Source: Candidatus Dormiibacterota bacterium (GTDB taxonomy: Bacteria; Chloroflexota; Dormibacteria; Aeolococcales; Aeolococcaceae). From it: a DNA stretch of 64,000 bases. The position numbers and the translations under genes are program-made. The stretch is taken from NCBI GenBank assembly GCA_963718525.1, contig OY970355.1:576001-640000 (forward strand). Reading direction: 5' to 3'. Below the pieces are notes generated by a model. It was not told the DNA's origin. It saw nothing but the letters and a program-made list of their open reading frames with translations, and ran no database searches. This document shows, piece after piece, positions 41,468-50,894 of this stretch (the first letter of the stretch is position 1; the number at the start of each line of letters is the position of its first letter).

Positions 41468-42349
41468 ATGGAAACGTCGCAGCTGACCGCGTCGGGAACG
41501 ATCATTCTCGGCCTCAGCGCCGTTGCCCTGGCTGGGGCCTTCGTGTGGGCGGCGATGGTGCCGAGCGAAGGACGGATCGCACGGTGGTCATCCCACTACG
41601 GTCTCGGGCTCACCGCGTTGAACAGTTCACTGGTAGCGCCCTATCTGCGCAGAACGCGCTCGCTCCAGGTGGCGGGAGGCGCGCTTGGATGGCTGTTGTC
41701 ACCGCTGTACATCACACTGTTCGGGCGACCCTTTCCACTCACCGACAATTGGGCCCTGCTCGCTGTGGCCGGCTATTTTCTCGGCGCTGCTGTGGCTGAG
41801 ATCACGTTTCTCAGAAAGTCGCAGCCTCACTCCAGCGTGCGTGCCGCCGCGCTCGCGAGGCGGGCGCTATCCGATTACATTCCTCGAGCGACGGTATGGG
41901 CGATTAGGATGCTGCCCCTGGCAGGCGTGAGTCTTGCGGTGATCTACGCGTTGGTCCCTGAGAACCCTCAGCGCACCGTCGATCCGAGCGTTGCCTTCAT
42001 GATCGCGTCCTCGCTTCTGGTGGTCGTGCTCGCGGCGCTCATCGAATGGTTTCTGAGAACGATCGTCACGCGGCCACAACCGGCAATCACCAACGATTTA
42101 CTGGCAGCAGACGACGCCATCCGGGCAGCTTCGATTCATTCGCTTGCGGCCGCCGGCATCGCGGTGATACTGCTGAGCATCGGTTGGGCGGCAGTGTCGT
42201 TGGGTGACGTGATCGCCAGCAATGCGTTGAGCGAGCTCCTGCCATGGTTTGGCGTCGCCTGTGATCTCGCTGCGCTGGTAGTGTGGATCGGCCTAGGGCA
42301 CCTCGCGACATGGCGAGTCCAGCGGGGCACGCCGGCGGTCAGCGGATGA
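41468..42349 (+). CDS. Multi-pass membrane protein
   Basis: About 7 hydrophobic segments, RRALSDY, RPQP, ADDAIRA; GGAGG RBS. Confidence 0.8.
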   Translation: METSQLTASGTIILGLSAVALAGAFVWAAMVPSEGRIARWSSHYGLGLTALNSSLVAPYLRRTRSLQVAGGALGWLLSPLYITLFGRPFPLTDNWALLAVAGYFLGAAVAEITFLRKSQPHSSVRAAALARRALSDYIPRATVWAIRMLPLAGVSLAVIYALVPENPQRTVDPSVAFMIASSLLVVVLAALIEWFLRTIVTRPQPAITNDLLAADDAIRAASIHSLAAAGIAVILLSIGWAAVSLGDVIASNALSELLPWFGVACDLAALVVWIGLGHLATWRVQRGTPAVSG

Positions 42350-42735
42350 TCCTGCGCGTCGACGCGTCGACCGCGGTCCCGCCCTACGAACAGATTCGCA
42401 GCCAGCTCGCAACGATCATCGCCACTGGGGTGCTACCTGCTGGTCAGCGACTTCCGTCAATCCGCCAACTAGCCGCCGACCTCGGACTTGCCGGCGGGAC
42501 TGTCGCGCGAGCGTTTCGTGAGCTGGAGCAGGGTGGCTTCATCATCTCGCGTGGAAGGCATGGGACGTTCGTATCCGATCGGGTGCGTGCCGGTGATCCT
42601 GACCGCGAACGAGCTCTCCTCGAGGCGGCCGGTGTGTTCGCGTCGCAAGCCGTCCAGGCGGGACTGGATCCGCGGCGAGTGCTCGACCGGGCACTCGAAG
42701 CGCTCACATCCAGCGCGGTGTTCGAACCGACATGA
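42346..42735 (+). CDS. GntR (YtrA subfamily) regulator
   Basis: VPPYEQIRSQL, RLPSIRQLAADLG, GRHGTFV; short C-terminal domain; ATGA coupling. Confidence 0.9.
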   Translation: MILRVDASTAVPPYEQIRSQLATIIATGVLPAGQRLPSIRQLAADLGLAGGTVARAFRELEQGGFIISRGRHGTFVSDRVRAGDPDRERALLEAAGVFASQAVQAGLDPRRVLDRALEALTSSAVFEPT

Positions 42736-42818
42736 GACCGCGGATCGCGGGCTCGACACTCCGCTGCCGTTTACGCTCGTAGTTCTCACGGGCCGTCAAG
42801 CGAGCGGTTATCCAGCGC

Positions 42819-42958
42819 CGGGTGTCGAGCAGCCGCCTGACTCCGCGCGTGATCCACGAGGGAGCGTCACGGAGAGTTGAACACATCGATCTCGCGACAC
42901 GAAGTGCAGTGCGTGCGTGCTCCATGCGGCACCCAGCTGTGAATGACCGCGACGTCAC
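42819..42958 (-). pseudogene. Decayed 3' copy of the cupin gene at 769-1194
   Basis: Ungapped manual alignment to 781-920 gives 117/140 identical; in-frame TGA replaces the Arg of NPPR. Confidence 0.85.
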
Positions 42959-43139
42959 ATGCGTGCATGGTCCGCTACTACGTGTGGCTGATCGTCAGCG
43001 TGGACAAGCCACTTTGTCGCTAGCTTGACCGCAACTCGTCTATGGCACCGAGCCGGCAGCTCGACACGCTGACGCGCCGATATAGCTCCTAGCGCATCGA
43101 GTCACCGAGACCGGTGCTAGGTTGGGCTAGGATCGCGCG

Positions 43140-45248
43140 TTATTCAACGCTTCCGAAAGCCTTGATCTCCTCAAGTTCTTGCGGCGACAGCTCGCGCGGC
43201 TGGTCGCCTCTCGCCACCTTCTCGGTCTGGACCTGGTGGCGGATACTCTCCACGATCTCGGGATTCGCCAGCGTGGTCACGTCCCCAACATCGGTGAAGT
43301 TTGAGATCGACGCGATCACCCGCCGCATGATCTTTCCGGATCTGGTCTTGGGCATGTCGGGAACGATCCACACATTGTGCGGACGCGCGATCTTCCCGAT
43401 CTCACGGTCGATCGCTTCGACGATCTTTTTCTTGATCTCGTCGCTCGGTTGCACACCGGGCTTCAGTGCGACATACATTTCCACGGCGCGACCGCGAAGC
43501 TCGTCGATGACCGGGACCGCAGCTGCCTCGGCAATCTCGTCGACCGTCAGGCACGCCAACTCGAGTTCCTTGGTTCCCAACCGATGTCCAGCTACGTTGA
43601 TCACGTCGTCGACACGGCCAAGGATCCGAATGTAGCCATCCGGTGCCTGGACGGCGCCGTCACCCGCGAGGTAAGGCCAGTCTCGCCAGTCCTTGCTCTC
43701 CGGGTCCCGGTTGTACTTCCTGAAGTAGGTATCCACAAACCGCTCGGGTTGACCCCAGATAGTCTGAAAGATGCCCGGCCACGGGTTGCGGATGCAGATG
43801 TTTCCTGCTCGACCGCTACCTGGCTCGATGACGTTGCGGTTCTCGTCGTAGATGACCGGATAGATGCCGAGGACGCCTGGGCCGCAGCTGCCTGGTTTCA
43901 TCTGGTCGAGCGCGGGAAGCGTGCTTCCCAGGAATCCGCCATTCTCCGTCTGCCACCACGTGTCGACGATGACCGCCTCGCCCTTGCCGACGACGCGGTG
44001 ATACCAGCGCCAGACCTCCGGTTCGATAGGCTCGCCGACCGTCGTCATGTGTTTGAAGTGGTAGTCGTACTTGGCTGGCTCATCTGGCCCGAACTTGCGC
44101 AGCATCCGGATAGTGGTGGGAGCGGTGTGGAAGATATTCACGCCGAGACGCTCGGCAATCCTCCACGGCCGACCGGCATCCGGGTAGAGCGGCACACCCT
44201 CATACATCACGCTGGTCGTCCCGAGCGACAGGGGGCCGTACACAATGTAGGAGTGCCCGGTGATCCACCCGATGTCCGCAAAGCACCAATACGTGTCTTC
44301 AGGATGGATGTCCTGATAGTACTTTGACGTACCGGTGACATACGAGAGGTAGCCACCGGTGCTGTGGACACAGCCCTTCGGCCGCCCGGTCGTACCGCTC
44401 GTGTACATCATGAAGAGCGGCGCTTCGGCCGGCATCGATACGGGCGCGACGGTTTTTCCCGCGTAGTCCTTTATCAGATCGTCGACGAAGAAGTCGCGAC
44501 CTTCGACCATGGGAGTCTTCGAGCTGTACTTGCCTGGGTGACGCCGCCACACAAGTACCTTCTCCACCTCGACACCCTGCTCGCGAGCCACCGCTACCGC
44601 CTCATCGGCCTTGGCCTTGTGGTCGATGAGTTCGCCGTTTCTGTAGTACCCATCCATGGTCACCAGGATGCGGCTCTCGCAGTCGGCCATCCGGCCGCCA
44701 CAGGCGGTCCCACTGAAACCGCCGAACACCTGGTTGTGGATCACGCCCAGCCGCGCGCAGGCGAGCATTGAAACCGGGAGATCCGGAACCATCGGCATGT
44801 GAAAGGTGACGCGGTCACCGACCTCGACGCCACCGAAACCGCGCAGGAGCGCGGCAAACTCGTTGACCCGTTTGTAGAGCTCCTGATAGGTGATCGCCTG
44901 GGTCTCCTCGGCTTCTGGCTCTGGGACCCATATGAGCGCTGCTTTGTTGCGGGATTTCGCAAGGTGCCGATCGACACAGTTGACGCTCGCATTGAGCCGC
45001 CCCCCAACGAACCACTTCCAAAACGGCGGATTGCTCGTGTCCAGAGTGGTGTGCCAGTACTTATCCCAAGTGAGCAGGTCCGCATACTCCTTGAAACACT
45101 CGGGGAAGTTCTCCTCGCGAAATCGCTCACGGATGCTGGGGTCGCTGGCATTCGCCTGTCCGATGAACTTCGCGGGCGGGGCGAAATAATCCTCCTCGCG
45201 CCAGTGCACTGCGATCTGCGCTTCGTTGACCTGCACTTCAACTGCCAT
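43140..45248 (-). CDS. acs: Acetyl-CoA synthetase
   Basis: YTSGTTGRPKG, ADIGWITGHSY, DTWWQTE, PKTRSGKIMRR. Confidence 0.96.
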   Translation of the reverse strand: MAVEVQVNEAQIAVHWREEDYFAPPAKFIGQANASDPSIRERFREENFPECFKEYADLLTWDKYWHTTLDTSNPPFWKWFVGGRLNASVNCVDRHLAKSRNKAALIWVPEPEAEETQAITYQELYKRVNEFAALLRGFGGVEVGDRVTFHMPMVPDLPVSMLACARLGVIHNQVFGGFSGTACGGRMADCESRILVTMDGYYRNGELIDHKAKADEAVAVAREQGVEVEKVLVWRRHPGKYSSKTPMVEGRDFFVDDLIKDYAGKTVAPVSMPAEAPLFMMYTSGTTGRPKGCVHSTGGYLSYVTGTSKYYQDIHPEDTYWCFADIGWITGHSYIVYGPLSLGTTSVMYEGVPLYPDAGRPWRIAERLGVNIFHTAPTTIRMLRKFGPDEPAKYDYHFKHMTTVGEPIEPEVWRWYHRVVGKGEAVIVDTWWQTENGGFLGSTLPALDQMKPGSCGPGVLGIYPVIYDENRNVIEPGSGRAGNICIRNPWPGIFQTIWGQPERFVDTYFRKYNRDPESKDWRDWPYLAGDGAVQAPDGYIRILGRVDDVINVAGHRLGTKELELACLTVDEIAEAAAVPVIDELRGRAVEMYVALKPGVQPSDEIKKKIVEAIDREIGKIARPHNVWIVPDMPKTRSGKIMRRVIASISNFTDVGDVTTLANPEIVESIRHQVQTEKVARGDQPRELSPQELEEIKAFGSVE

Positions 45249-45310
45249 TTGGTCGACCTCCGAGTTGCCGCTGGACTCGTCGCTCTGTCCCGAGGGTGAA
45301 TCGCCCCACT

Positions 45311-45598
45311 TTAGCCGTCTCCAAGCAGCCTTGCAGAGACGGCGAACTCCCGAAGCTCAGCCGCCATCGCAGCCTGAGACGTCAGTGCCCGGAGGTCACC
45401 TCGCGCCAGAGAGACTTCGCAGAGGCCACGCATAAGGTGGAGCGCCTGCAGGGCCCTGGTGGGTAGCGTTTCAAAGGGTGCTGTCTCGGTTTCTACCCGT
45501 AGCCGGGCGACCTCGAACGCAAACGCCTCATTAGGAGCGACAGCCTCTAACTGCACCAGCCGTACGGACAACTCGCCGATGATGTACTGCTCAGTCAC
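45311..45598 (-). CDS. Small hypothetical protein
   Basis: MTEQYIIGELS...RLRVETE...LCEVSLARGD...AELREF; helical and protein-like. Confidence 0.55.
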   Translation of the reverse strand: MTEQYIIGELSVRLVQLEAVAPNEAFAFEVARLRVETETAPFETLPTRALQALHLMRGLCEVSLARGDLRALTSQAAMAAELREFAVSARLLGDG

Positions 45599-45726
45599 CG
45601 CCACCCACAGCTGGCTCCCCGGTATGAACGTCTCCCGGCGGCCGGTCCCGTTCGGGTCGCTCCATGGTGCTCCGTGACGCACGGAGGGTCAAGCTGGCGC
45701 CCGCGATCGCCGAGTCCTGGAGCGGG

Positions 45727-46077
45727 TCAGCAGGTGATGTGCAGGATCGCGTTCGTGGCGTTGGCATCCTTTGCGAGCAGCGCGATCGCCTGCTTGGTCG
45801 GCACCATCACCAACTCGATCTCGCGGCGACGCGCTTCGGCTTGGACCGTCTCCATCACTGGCAGGGCACCCGCGGCGCCGGTGCCGATCACCAGCCGGCT
45901 GCAGCCCCAGGGAATGAGTTCCTCAGCTGACAACGGCGTGTGTCCGTACGCGTCTCGGTGACGCTTTGAAGGACCCTTGCGACGCTTGCGCACCACGCCA
46001 CGATCGATGACCACATCCTGGGTGTACGTTCGGCCGTCGATCTCGATCGCGCCAAAGAAAAAGTGTTCGATTCGCAT
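45727..46077 (-). CDS. Mth938-like (DUF498/598) protein
   Basis: FGAIEIDG.TY..DVVI, LVIGTG..G.L, AILHITC. Confidence 0.85.
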   Translation of the reverse strand: MRIEHFFFGAIEIDGRTYTQDVVIDRGVVRKRRKGPSKRHRDAYGHTPLSAEELIPWGCSRLVIGTGAAGALPVMETVQAEARRREIELVMVPTKQAIALLAKDANATNAILHITC

Positions 46078-46099
46078 GGTCGTGCCTCGATCTCAGGAT

Positions 46100-46290
46100 A
46101 AGCGTTGGGACTGACGATCACCAGATTGGCTGAACGCGCTGAGATCGTCGTCGACCCACGCATGGGCAATGCTCCAACCGCGTCGCGTCGCTTCTTCAAG
46201 CTAGTCGGCCTCCTGGCGCTGGACACCCAGACGCTCCCCCGACGGTTCGTGATAAGCGAGCAATACGAGGTAGGCGAAACCCTTGCCGCC
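46100..46290 (-). pseudogene. Serine recombinase N-terminal relic
   Basis: Manual translation AYLVLLAYHEPSGERLGVQRQEAD*LEEATRRGWSIAHAWVDDDLSAFS resembles the GV.RQE.DC...RGW....VD.D.SA(F/Y)S motif; in-frame stop. Confidence 0.6.
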
Positions 46291-46546
46291 ATCGGTGCGC
46301 GGTCGGTCTCACCCGCGAACGCGTCCGCCAGCTCGTAAAGGCGTCCGCCGCCCCCATGCCCTGGGGTTACAAGTGCGCGGTCAAAGCCCGCAATACGTCG
46401 CCGCGAACACCGAATCGCTATTGCCATGAACATCAGCGGCGGAAGGTGGACCGCATGCTCAGACCGCTCGATTTGAGGCTTGGCATCAACCGACAACGGC
46501 AGCGTGGCTATACGAACCCGACTCCACCAAAGTCAGGACACCCCAA

Positions 46547-46573
46547 GCTCTCCACGAAACCAGGGGCGGATCA
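46547..46573. mobile_element. Solo IS3-family (IS51/IS6110-like) terminal inverted repeat
   Basis: Reverse complement reads TGATCCGCCCCTGGTTTCGTGGAGAGC, close to TGAACCGCCCCGG...GGAGAC ends; no transposase or partner end seen. Confidence 0.6.
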
Positions 46574-46647
46574 TTCAGCCCACTTGTGTCACCTGCTCGG
46601 AGCGCCTATGATCCGTGGCCGTCGGGTTCGGATCGGAGGAGGTTGGT

Positions 46648-46890
46648 ATGCCGCAGTTCATGGACTTTCACGACAACCTGAAGCTGCCGCAAGAAGCGAT
46701 CGACGACATTGCAGCGGGTGCCCGCGCCGGCACGACCGACCAGTTCGGTGTCCGGCAGGTCGAGCTGTACCACAACTCCGACGGGAAGGTGTACTGCCTC
46801 CTGGACGCACCCGACGCGCAAGCGGTGCGCGATCACCACGCTGCCTTGGGGGTGGACTGCGGGGAAGTCCACCCCGTGACCGGCATGTAA
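46648..46890 (+). CDS. DUF4242 / SCO4226-like putative metal-binding protein
   Basis: MPQFMDFH...GKVYCLLDAPDAQAVRDHH...EVHPV; GGAGG RBS. Confidence 0.8.
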   Translation: MPQFMDFHDNLKLPQEAIDDIAAGARAGTTDQFGVRQVELYHNSDGKVYCLLDAPDAQAVRDHHAALGVDCGEVHPVTGM

Positions 46891-47026
46891 CCCGCAATCG
46901 CGCCCCGAATATTGGAGCGGGCAGCGGTTGCGCTCGCAGCGCCGGAGTTGACGACTTTCATACTCCCGCGCCTTCTTGGCTTAGGGAGCCACATTGCGCA
47001 GGTTGGCCCAGCGCGCGTCGAGCCGG

Positions 47027-48406
47027 TTAGTGCGCCTGCAGCGGCTCGAAGCGCGCGGTGAAGTGGCGCAGGGCGGGCGGCTCCTCGACGATCCGGTATC
47101 CAGGAAGGTCTCTAGCGTGCGTTGCCACCTCGCGGCACACGGCAATGACGTAGTCGATATGGCTCTGCGTATACGTGCGTCGCGGGATCGCCAGTCGGAC
47201 CAGATCCATATCCGCGGGCCGCTCTGAGCCGTCAGGCTGTCGACCGAACATCACCGTACCGATCTCACAGCTTCGGATCCCGCCCGTCTCATAGAGGGCG
47301 AGCGCCAAGGCCTGGCCCGGGTATTGGAGTGGTTTGATATGCGGCAACATCCCACGGGCGTCGACGTAGATCGCGTGTCCCCCAGGCGGCTGAACGATCG
47401 GGACGCCGAGGCCGGTCAACGCTTCGCCGAGATACGCCGTCGAGCGGATGCGATAGCGCAAGTAGTCGTGCTGAACCACTTCACGCAGACCTTGGGCGAT
47501 CGCCTCCAGGTCACGCCCCGCCAGACCGCCGTAGGTTGGGAAACCCTCAGTAAGAATGAGTAGGTTGCGACACTGCGCCGCGAGGTCATCGTCGTTCATC
47601 GCGAGCCAGCCGCCGATGTTGGCGAGCCCATCCTTCTTGGCGCTCATGGTCATACCGTCCACGAGCCCAGACATCTCGCGCACGATATCGCGCACTTCCC
47701 GCTCCCGCTGATCCGGCTCTCGCTCGCGGATGAACCACGCATTCTCCGCGAACCGGCACGCATCGAGGAACAGCGGAACCCCGTAGCGGTCGCACACTTG
47801 TCGAACGGCACGCAGATTCGCCAAAGAGACGGGCTGGCCGCCGCCTGAGTTGTTCGTGATAGTGATGAACACAACTGGGACCGAGCCGTCGTGAGACTGT
47901 AGGAACTCGTCGAGCCGGTCGACATCCATGTTGCCCTTGAAGGGATGCTGTGCTGAAGGATCGTGCCCTTCTGGAATGAGCAAGTCCACCGCTTCCGCAC
48001 CAGTGAACTCGACGTTGGCACGAGTGGTATCGAAGTGCGTGTTGTTCGGCACGCTCTTGCCCGGTCCGCCGATGGCGGTGAAGAGGATCTTTTCCGCCGC
48101 CCTGCCCTGGTGCGTCGGGATGACGTGCTTGAACGGGAAGAGATCCTGGACCGCTTCGAGGAAACGAAACCATGACGGGGAGCCCGCATAGCTCTCGTCG
48201 CCGTGCTGAATGGCCGCCCACTGATCCCGTGACATCGCGCCGGTACCGGAGTCGGTGAGCAGGTCGATGAGAACGTCATCGGAATGCAATGCGAACAAGT
48301 TGTACCCGGCGACGACCACGGCCCGCTGACGTTCCTCCCGCGTCGTCATACGCAGCGGCTCAACGGAATGGATGCGGAAGGGCTCGATGATGGTTTGCAG
48401 TTGCAT
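47027..48406 (-). CDS. tnaA: Tryptophanase (PLP beta-eliminating lyase)
   Basis: EPFRI, IDLLTDSGTGA, PTHQGR, MSAKKDG, TYGGLAGRD; EIG and LRHFTA match tryptophanase rather than tyrosine phenol-lyase (ERG, LRFFTA). Confidence 0.85.
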   Translation of the reverse strand: MQLQTIIEPFRIHSVEPLRMTTREERQRAVVVAGYNLFALHSDDVLIDLLTDSGTGAMSRDQWAAIQHGDESYAGSPSWFRFLEAVQDLFPFKHVIPTHQGRAAEKILFTAIGGPGKSVPNNTHFDTTRANVEFTGAEAVDLLIPEGHDPSAQHPFKGNMDVDRLDEFLQSHDGSVPVVFITITNNSGGGQPVSLANLRAVRQVCDRYGVPLFLDACRFAENAWFIREREPDQREREVRDIVREMSGLVDGMTMSAKKDGLANIGGWLAMNDDDLAAQCRNLLILTEGFPTYGGLAGRDLEAIAQGLREVVQHDYLRYRIRSTAYLGEALTGLGVPIVQPPGGHAIYVDARGMLPHIKPLQYPGQALALALYETGGIRSCEIGTVMFGRQPDGSERPADMDLVRLAIPRRTYTQSHIDYVIAVCREVATHARDLPGYRIVEEPPALRHFTARFEPLQAH

Positions 48407-49107
48407 GGGCGGCATCATGCGCGCCGACGAGACTGGCTGGCTAGCTGGGACGCCGAACGGCAGTGGATCACCAGGCCGTACCATCGCCGGCGAGCGGATG
48501 AGGACCTACCGGGAGATGATCCGCCAGCTGGACAGCCAGGCGACACCAGCCCCCGTCGGTGTCGGCGGCCATCGGCATCCGCCAGATCCTGACCGTCCTC
48601 GAGGCCACTGACGGCGCAAAGGCTTCCTTCATAGATAGCTTGGTGGAACTCGACCGCACGACGACGCCGCCTCCGTGGAGCTCGGACACCTGGTGCTCGG
48701 CATGGAGCTCGATGCCGAGCTTCGGTCATCGCTCGGAATCGCCACTCCCAGGGACGGCGACTGTCAGCTCATCGCCGTGGCGCGGGTGGCGCTGCCGCGG
48801 GCACGCGAGTTACTCGCTTTCGCCGCGGCGATTGTCTCGCAGCACGCGCACCGAGACGGCTCTCTCGGACGACAGGGAGCGGCGGTCATCGCGGCAGCGG
48901 TGTCCACATCGACCAGCATCGCGCCGGCGAGGGAAGTGGGACAGACACCGTCTGAGGGTGCGTTTGAAGTTATCCGAGGTGACACGACTTAACGACCGGT
49001 CGACGACGCCGATGTCCTTACCCGATGTCGCCGGATCACTGGCTCGGAAGCGAGCTCTGTCGAGCACCTCGTCGGCTGTGAACGCCGAGCAACACTTGCC
49101 GTCAGCG

Positions 49108-50097
49108 TCAGGCTGTGTCGACCGCGACCGCGACCACGACCTTTCCCCGGGCGTGCCCGCTTTCGACGTAGCGGATGGCCTCGGCGGTATCGCTCAATGA
49201 ATAAGTCCGGTCGACGACCGGCGTGACGCTCCCGGCTTCGATCATTTCTTTCAGGATTTGCAGGTCTGCGCTGCTTGCCTTCGCGACAAGCGCAGGCATT
49301 CTCTGGCTGACGAATGGCGAGAGCATGAGGGCTTTAATGATCCGATCGACGGGGCCGATGACGCGGCCCGGGGAGTCGCCGCTGCTGAGCACGAGCGTGC
49401 CTTTCGGAGTCAGAACCCGGCGCAAGGAACCCGGCGACGCGGTTCCCCCGAGTTGAAAAATCAGGTCATATCGTTGGCTGCTTCGCGTGTAGTCCTCGCG
49501 GGTGTAGTCGACGACGTGGTCGGCCCCGATCGAGCGGACCAGATCCAGGTTCGCGGTGCTGCACACACCGGTCACCTCCGCGCCGTACCACTTCGCGAGC
49601 TGAACGGCGAACGTCCCGACTCCTCCCGAGGCACCGACGATCATGACCTTCTGGCCTGCGCGGATCTTCCCGGCATCGCGCAGACCCTGGAGGGCGGTTA
49701 CCCCGGCCAGTGGGACAGCGGCAGCTTGTTCAAAGCTCAGATTGCTGGGCTTCAGCGCCAGGAGTCGCTCGGGAGCCGAAACGTATTCGGCGAAGGTGCC
49801 CGCGCCGACCTGACCGAAAACCTCGTCGCCCCGTCGGAAACGTGTCACCCCATCCCCCACCGCCTCAACGTCGCCGGCCACGTCGGTGCCGGGAACGGTC
49901 TGCTTCGGTTTCCGCACTCCGGTCGCCATCAGGCGGGCGATGTACGGCACGCCCCGCATGAAGTGCCAGTCGTAGGGGTTCGCGGAGGCCGCGCGAACCC
50001 GCACGAGGACGTTGTCGCCCGCGACGCCAGGTTTGGGAACGTCCCTGAGCTCGAGGACATCGGCCGAGCCGTACTGCTTGTATGTGATCGCCTTCAT
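49108..50097 (-). CDS. NAD(P)-dependent MDR-family (quinone oxidoreductase-like) dehydrogenase
   Basis: MKAITYKQYG, ANPYDWH, GASGGVGTFAVQLAK, HARGKVV; no Zn ligands. Confidence 0.92.
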   Translation of the reverse strand: MKAITYKQYGSADVLELRDVPKPGVAGDNVLVRVRAASANPYDWHFMRGVPYIARLMATGVRKPKQTVPGTDVAGDVEAVGDGVTRFRRGDEVFGQVGAGTFAEYVSAPERLLALKPSNLSFEQAAAVPLAGVTALQGLRDAGKIRAGQKVMIVGASGGVGTFAVQLAKWYGAEVTGVCSTANLDLVRSIGADHVVDYTREDYTRSSQRYDLIFQLGGTASPGSLRRVLTPKGTLVLSSGDSPGRVIGPVDRIIKALMLSPFVSQRMPALVAKASSADLQILKEMIEAGSVTPVVDRTYSLSDTAEAIRYVESGHARGKVVVAVAVDTA

Positions 50098-50127
50098 TCT
50101 GCTTTCTCCTCCAGTTCCCGCCAGCCT

Positions 50128-50175
50128 GGTGTACGGCGTACACCTGAGCCCATGGTAGGTGTACGCCGTACACTT
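50128..50175. promoter_or_regulatory. Two TetR operators
   Basis: GGTGTACGGCGTACACC 50128-50144 and AGGTGTACGCCGTACACTT 50157-50175 between divergent genes. Confidence 0.8.
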
Positions 50176-50183
50176 GTCAAGGC

Positions 50184-50879
50184 ATGGCGGACAAGTTCAA
50201 GGCACGGCGCAGGGCGTTTCTAAACCGCGACCGGGTGCTGCGCGCCGCGGTCAATCTTGCGGACACCGACGGCATCGAAGCACTGAGCATGCGCAGGCTC
50301 GCCGACGATCTGGGCGTGGTACCGATGGCGCTCTACAAACACGTGGCCAATAAGGAAGAACTCCTTGACGGGATGATCAACGTCGTCGTCTCCGAGATCG
50401 ATCCTCCCGACCGGGACACGGACTGGAAGAGCGCAGTGCGGAAGAGGATCCTGTCGGCTCGGGAGGCGCTGCTACGTCATCCGTGGGCGTCACGGGTGCT
50501 CGAAGCGCGGACCACCCCAACACCCGATGTGCTGGCCTACATGGATTCGATGATCGCGCTCTTTACGGAGAACGGCTTCTCCATCAGCCTCACGCACCAT
50601 CTGATGCACGCCATCGGCAGCCGGGTGTTGGGTTTCACGCAGGAGCTGTTCAACGACTCACGCAGTGGGGCGCCACAACTGCCTGAGACGGTGCTGCACG
50701 AGATGGCCCGGACATACCCGAACGTCGCGGCGATAGCCGGGGCAGCCTCGCATGACGACGAAACCGTAGTGGGCCCTGGTTGCGACGATCAGTTCGAGTT
50801 CGAGTTCTCCCTGGATCTACTCCTCGACGGTTTCGAGAGACTCCGCCAGGCGGAATGGACGGCAACGAAGCACGGGTAA
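50184..50879 (+). CDS. TetR/AcrR regulator with TetR_C domain
   Basis: ALSMRRLADDLGVVPMALYKHVANKEELLDGM, FEFSLDLLLDG. Confidence 0.93.
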   Translation: MADKFKARRRAFLNRDRVLRAAVNLADTDGIEALSMRRLADDLGVVPMALYKHVANKEELLDGMINVVVSEIDPPDRDTDWKSAVRKRILSAREALLRHPWASRVLEARTTPTPDVLAYMDSMIALFTENGFSISLTHHLMHAIGSRVLGFTQELFNDSRSGAPQLPETVLHEMARTYPNVAAIAGAASHDDETVVGPGCDDQFEFEFSLDLLLDGFERLRQAEWTATKHG

Positions 50880-50894
50880 CCGCGATGGAAAAGG

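Noticed and set aside
781-42958. 42-kb integrative element bounded by attL/attR in the cupin gene
   Set aside because: Repeat is only about 84% identical, geometry is wrong for 3'-end restoration, and no integrase lies within.
48498-48992. Intact gene divergent from tnaA
   Set aside because: Needs two frameshifts to read through and has no recognisable motif; not listed as a feature.
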